This document shows, one piece after another, positions 49,584 through 57,699 of a stretch of 64,000 nt of DNA (positions are counted from its first letter, which is position 1; every line of letters begins with the position of its first letter). Origin of the DNA: Oscillospiraceae bacterium (GTDB taxonomy: Bacteria; Bacillota; Clostridia; Oscillospirales; Ruminococcaceae); assembly GCA_028689635.1 (NCBI GenBank), contig JAQVCU010000005.1, positions 4,791 to 68,790 of the forward strand, given 5' to 3'. The notes beneath the pieces were generated by a model, which had not been told where the DNA came from, did not search any database, and was given only the letters and a program-made list of their open reading frames with translations. The position numbers and the translations under genes were made by a program.

Positions 49584-49611
49584 CCAAATGATAAATATTC
49601 TATACCATGAA
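49584..49611 (-). promoter_or_regulatory. TTC-PAM-flanked partial protospacer matching the pseudo-spacer (candidate Cascade repression site)
   Basis: The minus strand reads TTC (49611..49609) then ATGGTATAGAATATTTAT.... It is identical to the pseudo-spacer at positions 1-11, 13-16 and 18. It lies roughly +5 to +30 relative to the inferred start of the 49544 promoter. Confidence 0.45.
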
Positions 49612-49858
49612 GAAAAACGAAAGCGTTTCACGTATTCGACAAATCCTGATCCGACCCGGAGCCGGTGTGATACGCTTGGAGGGCCGATGATTTTTGCGGA
49701 GCAGATAAAAAGATCCCTTTGTGGCGATAGGAGGTGTGAGAAAAACGCTGTTTGAGCCGCAAATTCCAAAGAGCAGTCCGGTTTATAGGACTGGGAGTGT
49801 GTTATTCTAAAAACACAGCAGAGAACCGAAAATCCTAGAAAGATCAAGGAGGGAAGCA

Positions 49859-50527
49859 ATGAGAAGCAAATCGTATCCAATTATGATGGAGGTTGCAGGG
49901 GACACGGCGTTGTGGACAAGGCCGGACAGCGGAGATTCCCCCTGCAGCTATCCGGCGCCAACTTACTCCGCCGTTCGCGGGCTGTTTGAGAGCGTACTAT
50001 GGGGGCCTGCTGTTCTTGTGGTCCCCAAAAAAGTTGAGCTATGCAGCATACCGCAGTACCATTCCTATGCGACAAACTATGGCGGGCCGCTGCGAAGCGC
50101 TACGGCGGTCAAGGACGGGAATAATTACCAGCTGTTTGCCACGGTGCTGACAGATGCTTGTTATCGCCTCTATGCCGAGGCGATCCCAAACCCGGATAAA
50201 ACTGCGCTGCCGGAAAGCGCAGCATTATGGGACCGGCGGACAACATCGCCGGGACACGCCTACCAGGCTATGTTTAACCGGCGGCTAAAGCGCGGGCAAT
50301 CCTATTCGACCCTGTCCTTGGGCTGGGGCGAATTCACGGCGTCTTATTTCGGCCCGTTTCGGGAAACGACACAGGTGTGCACAGAACTCCCAGATATTGT
50401 CATCCCGTCGATGCTGCGCGGCGTCTTTCAAAACGGTTATCAATCTGAATATCACGCAGTTTACGACAGGGATATCCTCATTCACGGGGGCGTTCTTGAG
50501 TATCCGGAAAGAGGCGATTGCCGATGA
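49859..50527 (+). CDS. cas5c: type I-C CRISPR-associated protein Cas5c (Cas5d, pre-crRNA endonuclease)
   Basis: 222-aa ORF after AAGGAGGG. VAGDTALWTRPDSG...SYPAPTYSAVRGLFESVLWGP parallels the Cas5d N-terminus (FGDYALFTDP...SYxVPTYxALKGIxESIYWKP). Confidence 0.88.
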   Translation: MRSKSYPIMMEVAGDTALWTRPDSGDSPCSYPAPTYSAVRGLFESVLWGPAVLVVPKKVELCSIPQYHSYATNYGGPLRSATAVKDGNNYQLFATVLTDACYRLYAEAIPNPDKTALPESAALWDRRTTSPGHAYQAMFNRRLKRGQSYSTLSLGWGEFTASYFGPFRETTQVCTELPDIVIPSMLRGVFQNGYQSEYHAVYDRDILIHGGVLEYPERGDCR

Positions 50528-52581
50528 TCAATGAATTGAGTAAACTTGCGGAAGCGATGGAAGCGTCAGGCATACAGGCGCAGATCTGGCACAGAAAATA
50601 CAAACCCATTCCAAACATCAGGGCGAAAGCGCCGTGTATTCGCATTTTGATCGCTGACGGCAAAGTGCTGGGGCTCTCGTCCGTAAAGGAAGAAATGGGG
50701 TCAGGCCTGCGGAAATACGGCACAAATCAGGGTTCTTATCCATGCATGAATTTGGCGCCGCTTTATCGAGTGACGGATGGTGAAGTGAAGAAAAAGATAT
50801 CGTCCCTTCGCCCTGAAGATTTGGACGAGGAGAAGATCGACGAGATAAGAAGCTGGTGCACAGAAAATAACTGGGGCCGCAAATTTCAGGGGAAATACAA
50901 GATCTCCATGGAAAATACGACTGCGGAACTGGCTTCGCTTGTCCCGGATTTTCAGCCCATACAGATGTTGATACGCGAGAGCGATTTTTTCATGGATCCC
51001 GACGCCCTTTATCAGCAGCTGGAGGATAGAGCGGTCGAGATACTGCAAAGCAAAGAAAATGTTTCCTTGGCGCTCAACATCCTGTTTTTTTATGGAAATC
51101 CAGAGAAAAAGGCGGTGGATGATTACGGTTCTCTTTCCGTTGCCTTTGATACGCCGGAACTGATCGATCAGGGTATGCCGGCGCTTGGCAACAAATTCAC
51201 TTTGGAATTTAACAAAGCGCTGCTGTCGGCGGATCCGATGGAGACAGAGGGATCCGATACAGGCGACGTGGACGCCTTTGGCGTTGCCTTTGAGCCGCTG
51301 GAGGAACCCATGCCGGAAGTAAAGCTCGCAGGCGGGTTTGATGTGAAGCTTCGCACGATGTTTAAAGAGCAGCGTTGCCAAACGAGATACCGCAGGATCG
51401 AAAACGCAAGCTACCCGATCTCTCCCCAAATGCGCAAAAAACTTCAGGCGGCACTTGGCTGGCTCAGCAGCGCAGAGCGTAAAAACGTCACATGGATCAA
51501 TACGGATAAAAACGAAGTTCTGTTTGCATACCCTGCAGCCCTGCCGGAAGCCTCGATCTCGTACACGAGAATGTTTAAGCGCCCGGAAAAGAAGGATGTT
51601 GCCTTTGGGGAACAGGCGAAGCGGTTTCTCACCGAAATCCGGCAGAGCAAAAAAGCAGATACGGATTCACGGGCCGAGCAAATCCAGCTCTTTATTTTGA
51701 GGAAGATCGATAAAGGGCGGACAAAAGTCGTCTACACCAGACAGACCGACCCCTATGAACTTGAAAAGCAAAGCGAAGCTTGGCAGGAGGGCTGCTTCAA
51801 TCGTCCGCTTTTTGCTTTCGGTCAACCCAACGTCCCCTTTCCCTTGGACGCGGCGGATATTTTAAACCGTTTCTGGAACCAGAAGGGCGAATCCATAACG
51901 GACAAGTTTAGGCCGATACCAAAGTATCACGGGATGGAGCTGCTCATGGACAGCCAATATCCAACAGCTGCCGACCTTCATTGTTTGGCTGAAAAGGGAA
52001 TGGCCATCGGCGCGTTTCTCGGCAAGGCGCTTGCCGAAGGGGACCGGTATCATCCCATATGGGATGAAGTCAAAGATATGCTGGCATTGACAGGGCTGAT
52101 GCTCTATCGTAACGGCATAGGAAAGGATGCGTATATGGAAAGTTTACCCTATCTCTACGGACAGCTGCTCAAGGTATCGGACGAGCTTCACGCACTATAT
52201 TGTAAGGCGGTGCGGACGGATGGCGCGCTGCCGGCGCAACTGGCCGGAGGAACCCTGTATCAGGCTGCGGTTGAAGCGCCGATTCGGACGCTGAGCCTGT
52301 TGGGACAACGAATGAATCCGTATATCACATGGGCAAAAACATACCGCACAAAAACCGTATCGGAAAAAGGAAAAGAGAGCTGGAAAGCGGGATGGCTTGT
52401 TTCGCTGTACGAGAAAACAGCCGATGAACTCGTTGCCGCATGGGATCTTCAGACCCGGTTCAATGATGAAGAAAAGGCACTGCTGTTTCTCGGATATCTT
52501 GCAAGCTTTCCCAAAAAAGAACAGGCCGTCGACGGAACAGAAGATATAAACAATACAGAGGAGGCAAACGACCATGAGTGA
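50524..52581 (+). CDS. cas8c: type I-C CRISPR-associated protein Cas8c (Csd1, large subunit)
   Basis: About 685-aa ORF. The ATG at 50524 overlaps the cas5c stop (ATGA). It lies between cas5c and cas7c at the size expected for Csd1. The call rests on position, size and general resemblance. Confidence 0.8.
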   Translation: MINELSKLAEAMEASGIQAQIWHRKYKPIPNIRAKAPCIRILIADGKVLGLSSVKEEMGSGLRKYGTNQGSYPCMNLAPLYRVTDGEVKKKISSLRPEDLDEEKIDEIRSWCTENNWGRKFQGKYKISMENTTAELASLVPDFQPIQMLIRESDFFMDPDALYQQLEDRAVEILQSKENVSLALNILFFYGNPEKKAVDDYGSLSVAFDTPELIDQGMPALGNKFTLEFNKALLSADPMETEGSDTGDVDAFGVAFEPLEEPMPEVKLAGGFDVKLRTMFKEQRCQTRYRRIENASYPISPQMRKKLQAALGWLSSAERKNVTWINTDKNEVLFAYPAALPEASISYTRMFKRPEKKDVAFGEQAKRFLTEIRQSKKADTDSRAEQIQLFILRKIDKGRTKVVYTRQTDPYELEKQSEAWQEGCFNRPLFAFGQPNVPFPLDAADILNRFWNQKGESITDKFRPIPKYHGMELLMDSQYPTAADLHCLAEKGMAIGAFLGKALAEGDRYHPIWDEVKDMLALTGLMLYRNGIGKDAYMESLPYLYGQLLKVSDELHALYCKAVRTDGALPAQLAGGTLYQAAVEAPIRTLSLLGQRMNPYITWAKTYRTKTVSEKGKESWKAGWLVSLYEKTADELVAAWDLQTRFNDEEKALLFLGYLASFPKKEQAVDGTEDINNTEEANDHE

Positions 52582-53443
52582 TATGATCAAACGCGCAACA
52601 GGCCTTTTGGTGATCGAAGTTGTCAATTCCAATCCCAACGGCGACCCCGACCGTGAAAGCGATCCGCGTCAGCGGCCGAACGGCCGCGGAGAGATCTCGC
52701 CGGTCTCGTTTAAACGCAAACTCCGCGATCTGTTGGACGACCACGACGCTCCGTTTTTTAAAGGGCTGCCCGATCGATTCTCCCTCGATCCAGAGCATTA
52801 CGCTATTTTGGAGCATCGCGGACGTGAAAGAAAAACGATTCTAGCGGAGATGGGAAAAGACCCTTCAAAATTTTTGGAAAGCGAATTTGTGCGGAAGTAC
52901 TGGGACGCCCGCGTCTTTGGCAACACCTTTTTGGAAGACGGCGGCGACAAGGGATTTATCAAAACAGGCGTCGTACAGTTTGGCATGGGCGTTTCCGTTG
53001 CTCCGATTTCGATTATCCGCCAGACCAATACGAACAAAGCCGGCGTTCAGGACGGAAAAAATGCCGGGATGGCCCCCCTTGCGTATAGGATCGTTGAACA
53101 CGGCGTATATTGCATGCCCTTTTTTGTGAACCCCAATTACGCCCACAAAAGCGGCTGCACCGCTGATGACATCGAGCTTTTGAAGCTGCTGATCCCCTAT
53201 GCCTATGAGATGAACCGCTCCGCCATTCGCCCGGACGTCCGCCTGCGTCACGCCTGGTATATCGAACATAAAAACATGCTGGGAAGCTGCCCGGAGTATC
53301 TGCTCTTTGAAGCGCTGGCCCCGGAAAAGCTGGGCGAAAAAACGAACCCTTCCGCCGCATGGAGCGAATATCAGGATAAAACCGGGCTGCCGGAGGATCT
53401 GCTTTCCCGCGTGGACAGCTGCGTCGACCTGGTGATGCGGTAA
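52574..53443 (+). CDS. cas7c: type I-C CRISPR-associated protein Cas7c (Csd2)
   Basis: 289-aa ORF with LLVIEVVNSNPNGDPDRESDPRQ...ISPVSFKRKLRD, the Csd2/Cas7 N-terminal signature. It overlaps the end of cas8c. Confidence 0.9.
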   Translation: MSDMIKRATGLLVIEVVNSNPNGDPDRESDPRQRPNGRGEISPVSFKRKLRDLLDDHDAPFFKGLPDRFSLDPEHYAILEHRGRERKTILAEMGKDPSKFLESEFVRKYWDARVFGNTFLEDGGDKGFIKTGVVQFGMGVSVAPISIIRQTNTNKAGVQDGKNAGMAPLAYRIVEHGVYCMPFFVNPNYAHKSGCTADDIELLKLLIPYAYEMNRSAIRPDVRLRHAWYIEHKNMLGSCPEYLLFEALAPEKLGEKTNPSAAWSEYQDKTGLPEDLLSRVDSCVDLVMR

Positions 53444-55632
53444 TGGAGTATCTTGCACACAGCGCCAAGGGAGAGAACCCTCCACAGACCTATGCTGCCC
53501 ATGTGGAGGGTGTCTACCACGAGGCAGGGCGGTATGCCGATGAAGCGGAACACCACTCTCGCGTCTGCGCGGGGCAGTTAAAAGGCATTGTGCGGCGCAG
53601 CGCGCTCTGGCACGATTTGGGCAAGCTGGATGATGAAAATCAAGCCTTTTTGCACGATCCCGGGCAGAAACATGGTTCTCTCCCCTGGAATCACACTGAC
53701 GCCGGCAGCGCCGCGCTGAAGGAAGGCGACAGCCCGTACTCCGCCCTTGTCGTTTTCTCCCATCACAAAGGGCTTCCCGACATGGAGTCGGAATATGCAA
53801 AACACGAGGAGATTTTCCGCGATAGCAGGCCAAGCGTCAGAAGCCATTTCGATAATGAAATGGCGCTGCTGATCAAACGGCACATGGAGATCCTTTCAGC
53901 AGACGGCCGTGGCCCGGAAGAACCGTTTGAGGGGGATCAGCCGGTCTTTTTCCGGATGGCCCTTTCCTGCCTTGCGGACGCTGACCACACGAATACCGCA
54001 GCCGCTTACGGACAGGCGCCAGAAAACGAGGAAATGCCGCAGCTTCGGTCCGGTGAGCGCTTGGAGGCGCTGGATCGTTATGTATCAGGGCTGGGGGGCG
54101 GCGATGAACGCAGCCGCCTCCGCAGCGAAATGTATGCCGCCTGCCGCGACGCAAAGGTGACCGGCGCGTTTACCGCCTGCGACAGCCCTGTGGGCTCGGG
54201 GAAAACGACGGCGGTGATGGCGCATCTGCTCCGGCAGGCAATGGAGCGAAACGCAAGACGGGTCTTTGTCGTCCTGCCCTATACCAACATCATCAAACAA
54301 TCGGTGGATGTTTACCGAAAGTCGTTGGTGCTGCCGGGGGAGGATCCGGAAAAAGTTGTGGCGGAGCTGCACAGCCGTGCGGATTTTCAGGACGAAGATA
54401 CGCGGTATTTGACGTCGCTTTGGCGTGCGCCGGTCGTTGTTACGACCGCAGTAGCCTTTTTTGAAACATTGGCCTCCAACAGGCCGTCTGCCCTAAGAAG
54501 GCTCCACGAGCTGCCGGGAAGCGTTGTTTTTGTCGATGAGGCGCACAATTCCCTGCCGCTAAAACTCTTGCCGCTGGCGTGGCGCTGGATGAATACGCTG
54601 GCGGAGGAGTGGAACTGTTACTGGGTTTTGGCGTCGGGTTCCCTTGTGAGGTATTGGCAGCTCGACAGCTTGGGTTCAGTAGAAATGCCTCGGCCTGCGG
54701 TTGCGGATCTGGTCGATGAAAACCTGCGAGAACAGCTGATGCAGTATGAGCAGCGCAGAGTCCTTTTTGAGTGGAAACGCGAGGCGATAAGCCGTGAAGA
54801 ACTGGTGGACTGGGTGCGAAGCACGCCCGGACCGCGGCTGCTGATTTTGAACACCGTGCAAAGCGCCGCGGTGATCGCGGAGGATTTTTGCAAAGCGTGC
54901 GGCAGAAACTGCGTCGAGCATCTGTCTACGGCGTTAACGGCAGAGGACAGGAACAACACGATCGAGCGGGTGAAAGCGCGGCTGAAAGATAAAAGTGATA
55001 CGGATTGGACACTTGTCGCGACGTCATGCGTTGAGGCCGGCGTGGACTTTTCTTTTCGGAGCGGCTTTCGCGAGCTGTCGTCCCTGCTCTCCCTTCTGCA
55101 GGCCGCCGGCAGGGTAAACCGCAACGGGATTTATCCAGACGCCGCCATGTGGAGCTTTGCCATGCAGGATGATTCCATGCTGAAAAAGAACCCCGGCTTT
55201 GATACTTCGCGCGAGGTGCTGAAAAGCTATCTCAACAAAGGAGTAGAAATTGTGCCGGAGCTCAGCACGAGGTCAATGAACGATGAGATCATCCTTGACG
55301 ACAGTTGCCTTAAAACGATCAACTGTCTGAACAATGAGGAAGACGCCTCGTGTTTTGACACTGTCTGCAGTAAGTTTGTGGTGATCGAATCCAATACGGT
55401 GACCGTTGTCGTAGAGGGCGAGCTTGCGAAGTCGATCGAGCACGGCCAAGGCGATTGGCAGCGGCTGCAAAAGAAATCCGTATCCATCCGGCGCGAGAGA
55501 ATAAAGTCCTGGGCCCTAAAAGAAATTGCAAAGGGCGTGTTTCAGTGGACGCTGCGTTATGACCCTTTTCTGGGATATATGTGCGGCGTGCTGGACCTTG
55601 AGAAAAGCAAAGATGGGATGCTGGAGGTCTAA
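53443..55632 (+). CDS. cas3: CRISPR-associated helicase/nuclease Cas3 (HD + DEAH helicase)
   Basis: 729-aa ORF. HD motifs are present (LWHDLGKLD, LADADHTN). It also has Walker A (SPVGSGKTTA), a DEAH box (VFVDEAHN) and a C-terminal helicase lobe. The start overlaps the cas7c stop (TAATG). Confidence 0.9.
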   Translation: MEYLAHSAKGENPPQTYAAHVEGVYHEAGRYADEAEHHSRVCAGQLKGIVRRSALWHDLGKLDDENQAFLHDPGQKHGSLPWNHTDAGSAALKEGDSPYSALVVFSHHKGLPDMESEYAKHEEIFRDSRPSVRSHFDNEMALLIKRHMEILSADGRGPEEPFEGDQPVFFRMALSCLADADHTNTAAAYGQAPENEEMPQLRSGERLEALDRYVSGLGGGDERSRLRSEMYAACRDAKVTGAFTACDSPVGSGKTTAVMAHLLRQAMERNARRVFVVLPYTNIIKQSVDVYRKSLVLPGEDPEKVVAELHSRADFQDEDTRYLTSLWRAPVVVTTAVAFFETLASNRPSALRRLHELPGSVVFVDEAHNSLPLKLLPLAWRWMNTLAEEWNCYWVLASGSLVRYWQLDSLGSVEMPRPAVADLVDENLREQLMQYEQRRVLFEWKREAISREELVDWVRSTPGPRLLILNTVQSAAVIAEDFCKACGRNCVEHLSTALTAEDRNNTIERVKARLKDKSDTDWTLVATSCVEAGVDFSFRSGFRELSSLLSLLQAAGRVNRNGIYPDAAMWSFAMQDDSMLKKNPGFDTSREVLKSYLNKGVEIVPELSTRSMNDEIILDDSCLKTINCLNNEEDASCFDTVCSKFVVIESNTVTVVVEGELAKSIEHGQGDWQRLQKKSVSIRRERIKSWALKEIAKGVFQWTLRYDPFLGYMCGVLDLEKSKDGMLEV

Positions 55633-55704
55633 ATACGTCTGAGCAAGTCCATACCGGCCTTGCGTGTTTTGTGAAAAAGCAATGTTTGGAGGTGACGGCA
55701 TGGG

Positions 55705-56370
55705 GTGATGGAATACAGCCCGGATGACTATCTCCAGCTTTCGGGCCTGCAGCACTTTTTATTCTGCCGCCGGCAGTGGGCGCTGATACACATAGAAGAT
55801 CAATGGGAGGAAAATTTTCGTACTGCGGATGGAAGGCTGATGCATGACAGGGCGCACAACGAGGCGCTGACCGAAAAGCGCGGCGATGTGATAACGGCGC
55901 GAGGGGTCGAAATTTATTCGCGGAGCCTGGGGGTGTCCGGCAAATGCGACGTTTTGGAATTTCACCGCGACACGTTTGGCGTGCCGCTTTCGCGTTGGGA
56001 AGGCTGCTGGAAGCCTTCCCCCGTGGAATATAAGCGCGGCGCGCCAAAGCCCGGGAATTGCGATGCGGCGCAGCTCTGCGGCCAGGCGATGTGCCTTGAG
56101 GAAATGCTGTGCGTGGATATTCCGCGTGGGGCGTTGTTCTACGGAGAAACCAGAAGGCGCGTCGAGGTCGCGTTTACCGCGGAACTGAGAGGCACGGTCA
56201 AAAACGCTTTGGAGGAGATGCACGAAATGTACCGCCGTGGCCATACCCCGCGCGCAAAACCTTCAAAGTCCTGCAATGCCTGTTCGCTCAAAGAACGGTG
56301 CCTGCCTAAGCTTGCGCGTACAGGAAGCGTTTCGGATTATATCGCGCATCGGATGGAGGAGGGCGTATGA
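55705..56370 (+). CDS. cas4: CRISPR-associated exonuclease Cas4 (RecB-like, 4-Cys)
   Basis: 221-aa ORF. LSGLQHFLFCRRQWALIHIE carries the first Cys, followed by the RecB motifs and the C-terminal CNACSLKERC cluster. Confidence 0.9.
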   Translation: MMEYSPDDYLQLSGLQHFLFCRRQWALIHIEDQWEENFRTADGRLMHDRAHNEALTEKRGDVITARGVEIYSRSLGVSGKCDVLEFHRDTFGVPLSRWEGCWKPSPVEYKRGAPKPGNCDAAQLCGQAMCLEEMLCVDIPRGALFYGETRRRVEVAFTAELRGTVKNALEEMHEMYRRGHTPRAKPSKSCNACSLKERCLPKLARTGSVSDYIAHRMEEGV

Positions 56371-57398
56371 AAAAATTGCTCAACACCCTGTTTGTTCTCT
56401 CAGAGGACGCCTATCTGATCCTTGACGGTGAAAATGTTAAAGTGCTGCGCGGCGAGACCGAAACAGGCCGGTTCCCCCTGCACACCCTGGAGGGTATTTT
56501 CACCTTCGCGTACCCGGGCGCGAGCCCGGCTTTGATGGGGGCGTGCGCAAAGCGGGGAGTCAACCTCTGCTTTCACACGCCGAACGGCCGGTTCCTGGCG
56601 AGGACTGTAGGCGCGTCCAACGGGAATGTTCTGCTTCGGCGCGCGCAGTACCGCGTGGCGGATGATCCCCTTGCATATTGCAAAATTGCGAGGGCGATGG
56701 TGTTCGGCAAAGTGTATAACGCGCGCTGGAGCGTAGACCGCACGCTTCGGGACCATGCTATGCGGGTAGACGCGGAAAAGCTTCGCGAGACCTGTAGGAA
56801 ACTGAGCTCCGCATTTGAACCGATCGTCTCCGAAACGGACATGGAAAGCCTGCGGGGATTGGAGGGCGCTGCGGCGGCGGAGTATTTTGGCGTTTTTGAC
56901 GAGATGATACTGGGCGACAAGAAGACCTTCTTCTTCCAAGGCAGAAACCGTCGCCCGCCGCTGGACAATGTTAACGCAATGCTGTCGTTTGTATATTCAA
57001 TTTTGTCAAACGACTGCGCGTCAGCCCTGGAAGCGGTGGGGCTCGATTCCTTTGTCGGTTTTATGCACAGAGACAGGCCGGGGCGCGCGTCCCTTGCCCT
57101 GGACCTGATGGAGGAATTAAGGCCCTGCCTTGCCGATCGCTTTGTACTGACAGCGATCAACAACCGCATGATGGATACCGGTGATTTTATTCAATACGAA
57201 GGCGGAGCCGTTACGATGACGGACGATGGCCGCAGAAAGCTGCTGAAGGCGTGGCAGGAGCGAAAGCGCGAGGTGATCACGCATCCATATCTTGGCGAGA
57301 AGCTGGCATGGGGGATCATCCCCTATGTCCAGGCGCTGCTTTTAGCGCGTTGCCTTCGCGGCGATCTAGACCAATATCCGCCGTTTTTATGGAAGTAG
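56367..57398 (+). CDS. cas1: type I-C CRISPR-associated endonuclease Cas1
   Basis: 343-aa ORF overlapping the cas4 stop (ATGA). It shows Cas1c-like features (NTLFVLSEDAYL..., FQGRNRRPPLDNVNAMLSFVYSIL, GFMHRDRPGRASLALDLMEE). Confidence 0.93.
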   Translation: MKKLLNTLFVLSEDAYLILDGENVKVLRGETETGRFPLHTLEGIFTFAYPGASPALMGACAKRGVNLCFHTPNGRFLARTVGASNGNVLLRRAQYRVADDPLAYCKIARAMVFGKVYNARWSVDRTLRDHAMRVDAEKLRETCRKLSSAFEPIVSETDMESLRGLEGAAAAEYFGVFDEMILGDKKTFFFQGRNRRPPLDNVNAMLSFVYSILSNDCASALEAVGLDSFVGFMHRDRPGRASLALDLMEELRPCLADRFVLTAINNRMMDTGDFIQYEGGAVTMTDDGRRKLLKAWQERKREVITHPYLGEKLAWGIIPYVQALLLARCLRGDLDQYPPFLWK

Positions 57399-57408
57399 GT
57401 GACCGCAG

Positions 57409-57699
57409 ATGCTTGTTCTGATCACATATGATGTAAACACCGAGAACGCTGCCGGACGCCGGCGTCTGCGATTGATTGCAAAGCAATGCGTAAACTATGG
57501 GCAACGGGTGCAAAACAGCGTTTTTGAATGTTTGCTGGATGCGGCTCAGTATCGTATCCTGCAAAGCAAACTATGTGGTATCATGGATGCAGAACGGGAC
57601 AGCCTGCGCTTTTACAACCTGGGCAATCATTACAGCAGCCGGATCGAACACTTCGGAATAAAGGAAAGCTATGATCCGGAGGGGGTGCTGATGCTCTGA
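57409..57699 (+). CDS. cas2: CRISPR-associated endoribonuclease Cas2
   Basis: 96-aa ORF starting MLVLITYDVNTENAAGRRRLRLIAKQCVNYGQRVQNSVFEC, the canonical Cas2 N-terminus. Confidence 0.93.
   Translation: MLVLITYDVNTENAAGRRRLRLIAKQCVNYGQRVQNSVFECLLDAAQYRILQSKLCGIMDAERDSLRFYNLGNHYSSRIEHFGIKESYDPEGVLML

Noticed and set aside
49729-49734. AGGAGG at 49729..49734, considered as a ribosome-binding site for a hidden gene upstream of cas5c.
   Set aside because: No ATG, GTG or TTG lies at a workable spacing. The only GTG is 1 nt downstream. The hexamer is in frame as the tandem AGG-AGG codons of the 49687 mini-ORF.
49452-49880. A 142-aa minus-strand ORF, together with 49305..49547 (+, 80 aa), 49027..49467 (-, 146 aa) and 49537..49755 (+, 72 aa), in the gap between spoVAC and cas5c. 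These were considered as possible anti-CRISPR, Aca or small toxin genes.
   Set aside because: None has a credible RBS or start context. The 142-aa ORF begins inside cas5c on the wrong strand. The sequences are hydrophobic or odd in composition with no recognisable fold motifs. Only the 22-codon sub-ORF at 49687 was retained, as a speculative item.
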